A DNA stretch of 64,000 bases, taken from positions 448,001 through 512,000 of the forward strand of contig JBGARZ010000006.1 of the NCBI GenBank assembly GCA_044229975.1, read 5' to 3'. Made by a program: the position numbers and the translations under genes. The DNA comes from Polyangiales bacterium (GTDB lineage: Bacteria; Myxococcota_A; Polyangia; Polyangiales; Ga0077539). The notes under the pieces were generated by a model, which saw only the letters and a program-made list of their open reading frames with translations, was not told the origin of the DNA and did no database searches. This document shows, piece after piece, positions 38,111-47,583 of the stretch (position 1 is its first letter; each line of letters opens with the position of its first letter).

Positions 38111-40597
38111 ATGAACCGTACCGCGCGCCCGGAGGTGCTCAGCCCCGCGGGTGATCCCGACGCCCTGCGCGCCGCCATCCAGGCCGGCGCCGACGCCGTC
38201 TACTTCGGCCTCCAGGGCTTCAACGCCCGCGCCCGCGCCACCAACTTCGACGCCGCCTCGCTGCGCGACACCATCGAGCTGCTCCACAGCCACGGCGTCC
38301 GCGGGTACGTCACGCTCAACACCCTCGTGTTCGATGCCGAGCTCCCCGCCGTCGAAAACGCCCTCCGCGCCTGCGCCGCCGCTGGCGTCGATGCCGTCAT
38401 CGTCCAGGACCTCGCGGTCCTTCGCCTCGCTCAAGCCGTCGCCCCCGACCTCGCGGTGCACGCCTCCACCCAGATGACCTGCACCGACGCGGGCGCCGTC
38501 GACTTCGCCGCCTCCCTCGGCGCCTCGCGCGTCATCCTCGCCCGTGAGCTCTCCCTCGACGACATCGCGAAGATCCGCGCGGCCACCGACGTCCCCGTCG
38601 AGGTCTTCGTGCACGGCGCGCTCTGCGTCGCTTACTCGGGCCAGTGCCTCACCAGCGAGGCCATCGGCGGACGCAGCGCCAACCGCGGCGCCTGCGCGCA
38701 AGCCTGCCGGCTCCCCTACACCCTCGTCGTCGACGGCATCGTGAAGGACACCGGCGACCGCGCCTTCCTGCTCTCGCCCGAAGACCTCGAAGCCTCCGAC
38801 CTCATCCCGCAGCTCACGGCCCTCGGCGTCGCCTCCGTGAAGATCGAAGGCCGCCTCAAGGCCGACCGCTACGTCGCCGCCACCGCCGCGCTCTACCGCC
38901 AGGCCGTCGACGCCGCCGCGGGCGATTCCCCCGCGCCCGACGCGGCCACCCGCGAGCGCGCGCTCCAGATGTTCACCCGTGGATCGGGCCCCGGCTTCCT
39001 CGCGGGCGTCGATCACCAGCGCCTCGTCGACGGCTCGACGTGTGACCATCGCGGACTGCGCGTCGCCACGCTGCGCGCCGTCGATCGCATGGGCCCGCGC
39101 ACCTGGCTGCGCCTCTCCCTCGACGCCTCCATCGCCCGCGGCGACGGCCTGCTCGTGCAGGGCGGTCGCGCCAACGAGGGTGAGGTCGGCGGCCGCGTCT
39201 GGAACATCACCGTCGACGGTCGCGACGTCGAGCGCGCCGACGCTGGTGCTGATGCCCGCGTGTGGTTCGGCCCCGACCGCGACGTCTCTGCGGCACAGGT
39301 CGGTCACGCCGTCTGGCGCACCGACGCGCCCGCCGAAGAGCGCGCCGTCCGCGACGCCATGCAACACGCCAACGCAGGCGACGTCGTCGACCTCACGCTC
39401 CACGGTCGCGTCGGTGAGCCCGCCCGCCTCGAAGGAACCACCCGCAGCGGCCGACGCGCCACCGTCACGGGCGACGCTCCCCTCGAAGCGGGGCGCAACG
39501 GCCGAACGCCCGATGAGGTCGTTCGCGACAAGCTCGGTCGCCTCGGTGGGAGCACGCTGCGCGTCGGCGTCATCACCAACGCGCTCGCCGACGACGCGTC
39601 CATCGCTCCGTCCGCGCTCAACCGCCTGCGCCGCGCGCTCGTCGACGAGCTCGCCGCCCACATCGCCACCGCGCACGTCACCACCGACGCCAGCGCTGCT
39701 TCGTTGCTCGCGTCTGCTGTTCCGCCCGATCGATCGCCTGCACCCGCCGGGCTCTTCGTGTTGTGCCGCTCGCTCGCACAAGCTCACGCCGCCCTCGACG
39801 CGGGCGCCGACGGCGTCTGCCTCGACCTCCTCGAACTCACGGGAACGGGGCCCGCCGTGCGCGCCCTCCGCGAGCGCGGACCGGTGCACATCACCCTCAC
39901 GCCGCCCCGCATCCGCAAGCCCGGCGAGGAGAAGATCGACCGCTACCTCGCGTCGCTCTCGCCCGACGCCATCCTGGTGCGCGGCCTCGGCGCGCTGCGC
40001 GAGTCGTCCCTCGCGACGGATGGAATCACCCGCATCGGCGACGCCTCGCTCAACGTCACCAACCGGGTCAGCGCGGCGACGGTTCTCGCGCACGGGCTGT
40101 CGTCGTTGACGCCGTCCTTCGACCTCGACGCCGCGCAGGTGATGGCGCTGCTGGAGTCACCGTTCGGGCCGTGGTCGGAGCTGGTGGTGCACCACCCGAT
40201 GCCCCTCTTCCACATGGAGCACTGCGTGATCGCCGCCGAGCTCTCGACCGGCCACACGCACCTCGACTGCGGCCGCCCCTGCGAGCATCACCGCGTCTCC
40301 CTCCGCGACCGCGCCGGCATGGAACACCCCGTCGAAGCCGACGTCGGCTGCCGCAACACCGTCTTCCACGCCGCCGCCCAGAGCGCCGCCGGGCTCGTTG
40401 CTGGAGCTCGTCGCGCGGGCGTTCGGCGCTACCGGGTGGAGCTCGTTCGCGAGACGCCCGAGGACGTCGCCCGCATCGTCGACGCCTACCGCCGGCTGCT
40501 CTCCGACCGCGCCACCGCCGCCGAGGTCTGGAACACCCTCAAGACCGAAGCCCACTACGGCGTGGTGCGCGGCTCCCTGCGGGTGCTCGCCGACTGA
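38111..40597 (+). CDS. rlhA: Peptidase U32 family Fe-S hydroxylase with DUF3656-like region (RlhA-like)
   Basis: PEVLSPAG, GADAVYFG, FNARARA, HASTQM, LARELS, EVFVHGALCVAYSGQC...RSANRGACAQACR, KIEGR and KLGRLGG. Length (828 aa) fits the RlhA clade rather than TrhP or UbiU. Confidence 0.85.
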   Translation: MNRTARPEVLSPAGDPDALRAAIQAGADAVYFGLQGFNARARATNFDAASLRDTIELLHSHGVRGYVTLNTLVFDAELPAVENALRACAAAGVDAVIVQDLAVLRLAQAVAPDLAVHASTQMTCTDAGAVDFAASLGASRVILARELSLDDIAKIRAATDVPVEVFVHGALCVAYSGQCLTSEAIGGRSANRGACAQACRLPYTLVVDGIVKDTGDRAFLLSPEDLEASDLIPQLTALGVASVKIEGRLKADRYVAATAALYRQAVDAAAGDSPAPDAATRERALQMFTRGSGPGFLAGVDHQRLVDGSTCDHRGLRVATLRAVDRMGPRTWLRLSLDASIARGDGLLVQGGRANEGEVGGRVWNITVDGRDVERADAGADARVWFGPDRDVSAAQVGHAVWRTDAPAEERAVRDAMQHANAGDVVDLTLHGRVGEPARLEGTTRSGRRATVTGDAPLEAGRNGRTPDEVVRDKLGRLGGSTLRVGVITNALADDASIAPSALNRLRRALVDELAAHIATAHVTTDASAASLLASAVPPDRSPAPAGLFVLCRSLAQAHAALDAGADGVCLDLLELTGTGPAVRALRERGPVHITLTPPRIRKPGEEKIDRYLASLSPDAILVRGLGALRESSLATDGITRIGDASLNVTNRVSAATVLAHGLSSLTPSFDLDAAQVMALLESPFGPWSELVVHHPMPLFHMEHCVIAAELSTGHTHLDCGRPCEHHRVSLRDRAGMEHPVEADVGCRNTVFHAAAQSAAGLVAGARRAGVRRYRVELVRETPEDVARIVDAYRRLLSDRATAAEVWNTLKTEAHYGVVRGSLRVLAD

Positions 40598-41010
40598 CCT
40601 GCAGGCGCGGTTGTCGCCACCCCACCATCGGGCGGGTTGACGTTGTTGCCCGCCGCCTCGTCGTACGGAACCAACGTCCGCTGCAGCAGCGCCCGGGTCT
40701 CCTCGTCGAGGGCCGAGGGCGATCGCTCGACGGCCTCACGCGCCAGTACCAACCAGTGCCGCGCCTCTTCGCGCTGACCGAGGCGCTCGCTGGTCATCCC
40801 CCGCACGTAGCGGTACCGCACCTGCTCGGCCGCATCGAGGTGACCGAAGTTCACCTCCAGGTCTTCGAGGTTGGTGAGCGCCGCTTCGTAGCGCGCCGCC
40901 CGGTAGTGACTGTCGGCCCGATCGAGCTGGTCGCGGTAGTTCGCGCAGCCCATCCCCAACGCCAGCAGCCCCGTGATGATCCAGAGAGGTCCCGTCCGCA
41001 CGGCGGGCAC
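40555..41010 (-). CDS. Small TPR-like lipoprotein
   Basis: Lipobox GMG-C followed by helical TPR-like sequence (YEAAL, YVRGMT..RLG...EARHWL). Confidence 0.75.
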   Translation of the reverse strand: MPAVRTGPLWIITGLLALGMGCANYRDQLDRADSHYRAARYEAALTNLEDLEVNFGHLDAAEQVRYRYVRGMTSERLGQREEARHWLVLAREAVERSPSALDEETRALLQRTLVPYDEAAGNNVNPPDGGVATTAPAGQSASTRREPRTTP

Positions 41011-41371
41011 CGTATCACGGTCCGCCCGACGGACCGCCGACCGTGCCGCCTGGCCAACCGGTCTCCCACCCTACGACATGGATGTCAGAGCCGACGGCCT
41101 CAACGCCCCACGCTCTTCCCACTGGGCCCCGTGAATTCCCCGCTCACCTAGTTATCCAGCCCGATGCACCCACCCTGGCACGTCGGCTGCACAAGCTCCC
41201 TGCGCTTCGTTCCTTAGTCCCCCTTCTTCAGCCTTCTTCCTTCGCCTCGGTCTCCCTCTTCCTTCGTCTCTGCCTCTTTCTTCGACTCTCTTCGCTTCAA
41301 CGGTACGACCCGACACCTTCTTCCTTCGTCCGTCACTTCTGCCTCGCTCCCCCAACACCTACCGACTCCTT

Positions 41372-41417
41372 GAGCCCGGGGGCGCCTCAACCGCGTCCCC
41401 GGGCTTCTTGTATTTTT
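41372..41417 (+). terminator. Rho-independent terminator-like hairpin
   Basis: AGCCCGGGG-G-CGC / GCG-T-CCCCGGGCT stem with a 7-nt loop, followed by TCTTGTATTTTT. Confidence 0.7.
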
Positions 41418-41480
41418 CGCACCTCGCTCAAACCCGGACGTCTCCATCGGTGTCTCAATCCCCCGCTGGAGGAAAACCCG

Positions 41481-42032
41481 ATGCGTCTGCCCATCGCCCT
41501 GCTCGTCCTCGCCCTCGTCCCCACCGCGGCCTCGGCCCAGGACGCCCTCTGTGTCCCGGGCTCGCCCTTCTACGAACGCGGTGACTACCGCTGTTTCCCG
41601 CGCCACCCGCAACCCACCCGGGCCCGCGCTTCGGTGCGCGCCGCGGTCGAAGGCGCCCGTCACCTCTCGGGCGGTGGCCTCGACGCCTCCACGCGCGACC
41701 ACCTCGAAGACCACTTCGACGCCCTCGGTGACACCTTCGCCGAGTCGCTCCCGTCGCTCGTCGACGGCCGCGGCGAGCTGCACACCCCCGACGTCCGGCT
41801 GAGCGTGGTGCTGCTCCCGAGCGGATCGGTCGGTCGCGTCCGGGTGCTCTCGCGCCTCAACGATCCCTTCGACCGCCGCATCGCCCAGGCCCTCGTGTCA
41901 TCGGTCTCCGAGCACGGCGGACTGTCCCTCGATGGCAGCGAGGTCGAGGTCATCGTGCGCTTGCACCCGCAGCTCCATTACACCCGCTGGCATCGTCCCC
42001 GTCAGCCGACCTGCTGCTATGAGGACGACTGA
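41481..42032 (+). CDS. Secreted hypothetical protein
   Basis: GGAGG upstream of ATG 41481 and a Sec signal MRLPIALLVLALVPTAASA. Confidence 0.78.
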   Translation: MRLPIALLVLALVPTAASAQDALCVPGSPFYERGDYRCFPRHPQPTRARASVRAAVEGARHLSGGGLDASTRDHLEDHFDALGDTFAESLPSLVDGRGELHTPDVRLSVVLLPSGSVGRVRVLSRLNDPFDRRIAQALVSSVSEHGGLSLDGSEVEVIVRLHPQLHYTRWHRPRQPTCCYEDD

Positions 42033-42067
42033 CCGCGGCTGACCCTCTCCTCGACGGCGCCGGGTCC

Positions 42068-42811
42068 GTGCCACAATCGCGCCCCGTGGATCCTCCGCTG
42101 GTCGAGCTCCTCTGCCGTCGCGCTGCTTCGGTGACCGACGTCGCCACCCGCGTTCAGCTCTTCCGCGGCATCGTGGTGGTGACCGACCGCGACGAACTCC
42201 GCGCCACCCTCGACCGCCTCATCGAGCTCGCCGGATTGCGTGACTCGCCCGCCCAGGTCGCGCTGCTCACCACCGAGATCGCCCTCTGCTGGGAGCCCGA
42301 GCTCCAACGTGCCGTTCATGGCAGTCGCATGGATGTTCCCGCCGACGCCGTCGACCCCGAGGATGAGCGCCGCATCCCCGACTACGGCCGCGGCCGGGTG
42401 CTCACCCTCGGCGAGCGCAAGTCTCTCGCTCGCCGCCCCGACCGTCGCCTCATCGACCGCGTGCTGCGCGACCCCCACCCCGACGTCATCGAGCTGCTGC
42501 TCATGAACCCCCGGCTCACCGAGCCCGACATCGTCCGGCTCTGCGCGCGCCGACCCAACAACCCCGACATCCTCGTGCGGGTGTTCCGCTCGCCGCGATG
42601 GGCCGTCCAGCCGCGGGTGCGAACGGCGCTCGCGATGAACCCGAGCACGCCGCCCGCCATCGCCGAGGCCGTGGTTCCGATGCTGACGCCGGCTGATCTG
42701 ATCTCGCTCGCCCGCGACGAGCACGCGCCCGCCGCCGTGCGCCGCCGCTGCGTCGAGGTGCTCTCGCGCTTCGCCCCGCTCCACGACGACGACGCGCACG
42801 TCATCCACTGA
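42068..42811 (+). CDS. Helical-repeat (LRV-like) hypothetical protein
   Basis: LTLGERKSLAR, LRDPHPDVIELLLMNPRLTE and VRTALAMNPSTP repeats. Start uncertain. Confidence 0.78.
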   Translation: MPQSRPVDPPLVELLCRRAASVTDVATRVQLFRGIVVVTDRDELRATLDRLIELAGLRDSPAQVALLTTEIALCWEPELQRAVHGSRMDVPADAVDPEDERRIPDYGRGRVLTLGERKSLARRPDRRLIDRVLRDPHPDVIELLLMNPRLTEPDIVRLCARRPNNPDILVRVFRSPRWAVQPRVRTALAMNPSTPPAIAEAVVPMLTPADLISLARDEHAPAAVRRRCVEVLSRFAPLHDDDAHVIH

Positions 42812-42950
42812 CGGGAAGGGCGCGATGCTCTCCTCCGACGATACGTTGGCCTCGGTCGCAGTGGTCGGGCCCCACGCCGCGGCGTGGGCCCCAGTGACCG
42901 CGGGGCCGACCGACGTGCAATGCCTCCCAACACGACCGACCCGGGATGCT

Positions 42951-44999
42951 CTACCGCGGCGGCAGGTACCAGATCGGCGACGTCCAGGCGCGCTCCTGCA
43001 CCGTGTCCGGCAGCGACCCGTCGCAGCACGCCCGCAGCGCCGACCCCGCCGCCACCGTCGCGCAGTCCACCCGCAACCGATTGCACAACTGTCGGCTCCA
43101 TCGGCACGTCGGGTCCTCCAGCACCCGCGCGTACCAGAACGCCGCCGCGCTCGCGTTGAAGTCCGGGTCCTCCCACACGCCGCACCGCGCCGCCGCGCCC
43201 GGTGTCCCGCGCGTCGTGCACGTCGCCACGTCCACCGTCGCGCCCGTCGCGTCGCCGTCCACGCGAAACACCCGCTCGTGCGTCCCGGTCGCGTCGGCCC
43301 AGCCCTTCACGATCTCCAGTCGCTGCAACGGTGACCCCATCGCGTCACGCAGCGCGCTCACCACGAACCTCGGCGCCCCCGCCCCTGCCGGTCTCACCGG
43401 CAGATCCGAGCCCATCGGAACCCCCATCGCATAACCCTGTGCCGCCAGATCGCGCGCGTCACACAGCCCCGTCGGCAGCGACCACCCCGCGAAGAACCTC
43501 ACCACCGGGCGCGTCCCGCTCGTGGCGTACGACTCGCGCCGACGCATCGCCGCGAAGAGCGAGTCGCGCGAGTTCTCTTCAGCCCACAACACGGTCAACC
43601 CGCCAGGGCTGTTGACCCGCACGGTGATGGGGCGGCCCGTTCCTTCGGGCGTGAGCAACCCCTCGGGCGTGTCGTCGCCGCGGCCTGCGTGACCGGGGAA
43701 GTTGCTCTCGTCGACGTTGCCGGGCGTGGCGTTGTGGGTGTCGGTTCCGCCGACGAAGCCGAGATGAAAGGGGTCGGCCCCGGTGCGAAGGTACTCCGCG
43801 AGACCGCGGCGCATCGCCGGTCGGATGAAGTCGCCGGGCTCGACGCACGCGCCCGCGAGCCCGATGCCTCCCGCCACCGAACACAACGGCGTGCACCCCG
43901 GCGGAGCATTGGGCGCGCTGCACGGAACCGTCGTGAGCTGCTCGAAGCGACACGCCTCGTCCTCGCTCCCGAGAACGCTCGCCGACCCGGTGATGCACTC
44001 CGACGAGCCCTTGTGCTGATAGACCTCCACCAGCGGCTCGATGCGCGCACGACGCGCGGCGAAGGCAGCGTCGTAGGCGCGACCGTCCTCGGTCACGGCC
44101 GCGAACATCAGCCCCGCCGACTGGTTGCTGTTGTGGGGGATCGCGAGGACGTCGCACGGCGTTCCGGTGGAGAGGCAGTCACGTTCGAGGGCGGTCCAGA
44201 GCTGGTCGGGCGTCGGCGTCTCGATGTAGCTGACGGGCGTTCGGGGGACGCTGCGGTTACGGAAGATGACGTTGCGGTGGAGGTTGTTGGCGCCGGGCGA
44301 GCCGGTCCATTCGTAGCCGACGAAGGTGGTGAAGCGGCAGTCGTCGGTGCGGTCGTAGGCGTCCTCGGCGGCCTGCTGGATCTCCCCCCACACGGTCTGG
44401 AGCTGCGTCTCGCAGAGGCCCTCGTTGCCGCCGCGGCAGATGAGCGGGCGGACGGGCGTTCGGGATGAGAGCGGGACGGCGTAGTCGGTGGCGGCGACGA
44501 AGGTGGTCTCGCGCTGCTCGCGGCAGGTGCGCGAGTCGTAGATGGCCGAACCGCGCGTGGTGCAGAGGTTGGTCTCGGCGAGAAACTCGGAGTGGTCGGT
44601 GACGGCCGTGAAGTCGAGCGGGCGGGTGAGCTGCGCGCTGCGGGTGGCGCGCCCGGCGGCGTCGTACGGAGGGAGGTCGATGCGCTCGCCGCGGGCGAAG
44701 CGGTAGGCGTCGGCGGGGCGAGCGCGGGTGCCCCAGGTGGCGGCGTCGAAGGAGAGCGCGGTGTGAACGTGGAGGTCGCCGAAGAAGGGCTCGCGCAACG
44801 GGTTGCGACGGCGACACGCGACGTGATCGTCGGGGCGCACGATGACGCGGGGGAGGTCTTCGGGCGGCGCGTCGACGGCGGCATCGGTGACGACATCGAC
44901 GGCATCGACCGCGGCGTCAAGAACAGGCGTCGGCGTGGTGGACGACTCGCAGGCGGCGAGCGCGAGGGGGACGGCGAGCGCGAGCCACTTGTCGGCCAT
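42951..44999 (-). CDS. DUF3604 family (PHP-like) lipoprotein
   Basis: Lipobox LAA-C, FFGDLHVHTALSFDA, LDFTAVTDHSE, GYEWT, NLHRNVIFR, AIPHNSN, HKGSSEC, GTDTH, GVPMGSDL and QERAWTSPIWY motifs. Confidence 0.92.
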   Translation of the reverse strand: MADKWLALAVPLALAACESSTTPTPVLDAAVDAVDVVTDAAVDAPPEDLPRVIVRPDDHVACRRRNPLREPFFGDLHVHTALSFDAATWGTRARPADAYRFARGERIDLPPYDAAGRATRSAQLTRPLDFTAVTDHSEFLAETNLCTTRGSAIYDSRTCREQRETTFVAATDYAVPLSSRTPVRPLICRGGNEGLCETQLQTVWGEIQQAAEDAYDRTDDCRFTTFVGYEWTGSPGANNLHRNVIFRNRSVPRTPVSYIETPTPDQLWTALERDCLSTGTPCDVLAIPHNSNQSAGLMFAAVTEDGRAYDAAFAARRARIEPLVEVYQHKGSSECITGSASVLGSEDEACRFEQLTTVPCSAPNAPPGCTPLCSVAGGIGLAGACVEPGDFIRPAMRRGLAEYLRTGADPFHLGFVGGTDTHNATPGNVDESNFPGHAGRGDDTPEGLLTPEGTGRPITVRVNSPGGLTVLWAEENSRDSLFAAMRRRESYATSGTRPVVRFFAGWSLPTGLCDARDLAAQGYAMGVPMGSDLPVRPAGAGAPRFVVSALRDAMGSPLQRLEIVKGWADATGTHERVFRVDGDATGATVDVATCTTRGTPGAAARCGVWEDPDFNASAAAFWYARVLEDPTCRWSRQLCNRLRVDCATVAAGSALRACCDGSLPDTVQERAWTSPIWYLPPR

Positions 45000-45026
45000 G
45001 GCGGGACACCTATAGCGTGCGGCGCC

Positions 45027-45863
45027 GTGAGCGAGCGAAGGGAAAGCGCGGCGCTCCGTGTGTGGCGCGCTCACCCGATGGTGCGCTTCGTCGTACTGGG
45101 AGCGGCGCTCTTCGCGCTCGATCGCTGGCGACACCCACCGGCGCGGGGCAACGACCGGAGCGACATCGTTCTGTCGCGGGACTTCGTCGCCAACCTGCGC
45201 GCGGGGCTCGGTCGCGAGCGGGGCAGGGCGGCGACGGACGCGGAGTTCGAGGCGCGGTTGCAGGAGTACGTCCACGACGAGGCGCTGTACCGCAGCGCGC
45301 TGGCGATGGGACTCGACCGCGGCGACGGGATCATCCGACGCCGATTGGTTCAGAAGGCGAACTATCTGCTGGAGTCGGAGGCGGAGCCGGGGACGCCCAC
45401 CGAGGCCGCGCTGCGCGGGTGGTACGACGCGCACCGAGAGCGCTACCAGACGGGCGCGCGGGTGGACTTCGAGCAGCGGTTCTTCTCGGGCGATCGTCGC
45501 GGATTGCGGGCTGCGGACGATGCTCGGAGCGCCCTGGCCGCGGGCGTTGGTGACGGGACGGGCGACCCGTTTCTGCGGGGCGAGCGCTTCGTGGACGTGG
45601 GCACGGCGGAGGTCGCGGGTGCCTTCGGCGATGCCTTCGCGACGGCGCTGGCGGGCGCACCGGTGGGGCAGTGGAGCGGACCGATCGCGAGCGCGCATGG
45701 TCAGCATCTGGTGCGGGTGACGGCGCGGCGTGAGGCGGCGACGGCGACCTTCGAGGGAGCGCGCGAAGCGGCGACGCGGGACTGGCGCGAGGCCGAGCGG
45801 GCACGACGAACAGAGGCAGCGACAAGAGCGCTGATCGCGGGCTATCGGGTGGTGCGCGAGTGA
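45027..45863 (+). CDS. Parvulin-like peptidyl-prolyl isomerase (rotamase_2 type)
   Basis: FVVLGAALF anchor, EALYRSALAMGLDRGDGIIRRRLVQK, FG..FA and WSGPIASAHGQHLV. Start uncertain. Confidence 0.85.
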   Translation: MSERRESAALRVWRAHPMVRFVVLGAALFALDRWRHPPARGNDRSDIVLSRDFVANLRAGLGRERGRAATDAEFEARLQEYVHDEALYRSALAMGLDRGDGIIRRRLVQKANYLLESEAEPGTPTEAALRGWYDAHRERYQTGARVDFEQRFFSGDRRGLRAADDARSALAAGVGDGTGDPFLRGERFVDVGTAEVAGAFGDAFATALAGAPVGQWSGPIASAHGQHLVRVTARREAATATFEGAREAATRDWREAERARRTEAATRALIAGYRVVRE

Positions 45864-46813
45864 GGGCGCGGTGGTGGTGTGCGGCGGCGGTGTTGGCTCC
45901 GGCGGTGGCGTGGGGGCACCCGCTGGCGCTGGGTCTCATCGAGCTGACGGAGCAGCGGGGCGGTCGCGTCGCGGTGACGATGCGCGTCTCGGGGACCGAG
46001 CAGCAGGGCAGCGCGGTCTCGATGGATCCGCCAGCGGGGTGTCGCGCGATGACACCGCTGGCGATGCGCGAAGCGGGCGACACGTGGGAGGGACGAACGA
46101 CATGGCAGTGCGCGCGGGGCCTGCGCGGCGCGGCGATGAGGGTGCGCGGGCTGGAGGGTTCGGAGGTGCAGCTCGTGGTTCGCGCGCGGCTCGCGGATGG
46201 CGCGGTGAGCGAGGCGCGACTCGACGACGAGCGGCGGAGGTTCGTGGTCGCGAGGGAGGCGCGGCGGTGGGCGGTGGCGTGGTCGTATCTGCGGATGGGC
46301 GTTCGGCACATCGCGGAGGGGGTCGATCACCTGGCCTTCGTGGCGTGCCTCGCGCTGTGGGTGGGCGCGACGCGCGGCATCTGGTGGGCGGTGACGGGCT
46401 TCACGTTGGGTCACAGCGTCACGCTGGCGCTGGCTGCGACGGGGAGGGTGAGCGTCCCGGCGCGACCGGTGGAGGCGTGCATCGCGCTGAGCGTGGTGAT
46501 GCTCGCGTGGGAGGTGGCGCGTGGGAGCGGAGCGCCGAGGAGGGCGTGGGTCATGGCGGCGGGCTTCGGGCTGCTGCATGGACTGGGCTTCGCGTCGGCG
46601 CTGCGGGAGGTCGGGCTGCCGCGCGAGGCGTTGGGGACGGCGCTGGTGGCGTTCAATGCGGGGGTGGAGGTCGGGCAGGTGGCCTTCGTGGCGCTGGCGA
46701 TGGGCGCGGCGTGGCTGGTGCGGCGCGCGGGCGTCGACGTGCAGCGGGCGCGCGGTTGGGCGGCGAACCTGGCGGGCGCGTGGGCCGTGATGCTGCTGTT
46801 GCAGCGGGTGTGA
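45860..46813 (+). CDS. HupE/UreJ family membrane protein
   Basis: GTGA overlap with the upstream gene. AWGH signal, GVRHIAEGVDHLAFV, FTLGHSVTL, VEACIALS, FGLLHGLGFA and FNAGVEVGQ. Confidence 0.92.
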   Translation: MRARWWCAAAVLAPAVAWGHPLALGLIELTEQRGGRVAVTMRVSGTEQQGSAVSMDPPAGCRAMTPLAMREAGDTWEGRTTWQCARGLRGAAMRVRGLEGSEVQLVVRARLADGAVSEARLDDERRRFVVAREARRWAVAWSYLRMGVRHIAEGVDHLAFVACLALWVGATRGIWWAVTGFTLGHSVTLALAATGRVSVPARPVEACIALSVVMLAWEVARGSGAPRRAWVMAAGFGLLHGLGFASALREVGLPREALGTALVAFNAGVEVGQVAFVALAMGAAWLVRRAGVDVQRARGWAANLAGAWAVMLLLQRV

Positions 46814-46858
46814 GCGGGACACTGGACGGCCCGCGTGGGCATCGCCATAAGAGGCGCC

Positions 46859-47578
46859 ATGGCGGCATCAACGGGTGAGTGGAAGGTCTTGCGGCACGGG
46901 CCGATCGAGAAGCTCGCGGACAACCTCTGGCGGGTCACTGGAGCGCTGCCGGGGATGTCGCTGGAGCGCACCATGGTCATCGCGCGGCTGCGATCGGGGG
47001 AGCTGGTGATCCACAACGCCATCGCCATGGACGAAGCGTCCATGAAGGAGATCGAGGCGTGGGGGACGCCAGCGTTCATCGTGGTGCCCAATGGGGGGCA
47101 TCGGCTCGACGCGCCGGCCTTCAAGAAGCGCTACCCCACTGCGAAGGTGATGGCGCCGCGCGGCAGCCGCGAGAAGGTGGCGCAGGTGGTGGCCGTCGAC
47201 CTCGACTACGAGGGCTTCCCGACGGGCGACGACACGGTGCGCTTCGAGACGCTACGCGGCGTGGGAGAGAGCGAGGGCGCGATGATCGTTCGCTCGGCCG
47301 ACGGGGTGTCGGTGGTGCTCAACGACGTGATGTTCAACATGGACACCAAGAAGGATCCGTTGGGGTGGTTCTTCACGACGGTGATGGGGTCGGCGCCGGG
47401 TCCGCGGGTGTCGCGGCTGGCGAAGCTGGTGTTCGTGAAGGACAAGAAGGCGCTGCGCGGGGAGTTCGAGCGGCTCGCCGCGACGCCCGATCTGGTGCGT
47501 GTGATCGTGGCGCACGAGAAGGTCGCGAGCGGCGCGGAGGCGGCGGCGTCGCTGCGGCAGGCCGCGACGTATCTGTGA
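46859..47578 (+). CDS. DUF4336-like metallo-beta-lactamase-fold protein
   Basis: LADNLW, RTMVIARL.SGELVIHN, IVVPNGGHRLD, ND and IVAH motifs. Confidence 0.8.
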   Translation: MAASTGEWKVLRHGPIEKLADNLWRVTGALPGMSLERTMVIARLRSGELVIHNAIAMDEASMKEIEAWGTPAFIVVPNGGHRLDAPAFKKRYPTAKVMAPRGSREKVAQVVAVDLDYEGFPTGDDTVRFETLRGVGESEGAMIVRSADGVSVVLNDVMFNMDTKKDPLGWFFTTVMGSAPGPRVSRLAKLVFVKDKKALRGEFERLAATPDLVRVIVAHEKVASGAEAAASLRQAATYL

Positions 47579-47583
47579 GCGGA

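Noticed and set aside
40555..40597. Overlapping 3' ends of convergent genes (also 33775-33787 and 37755-37774)
   Set aside because: Short convergent overlaps are routine in compact GC-rich genomes.
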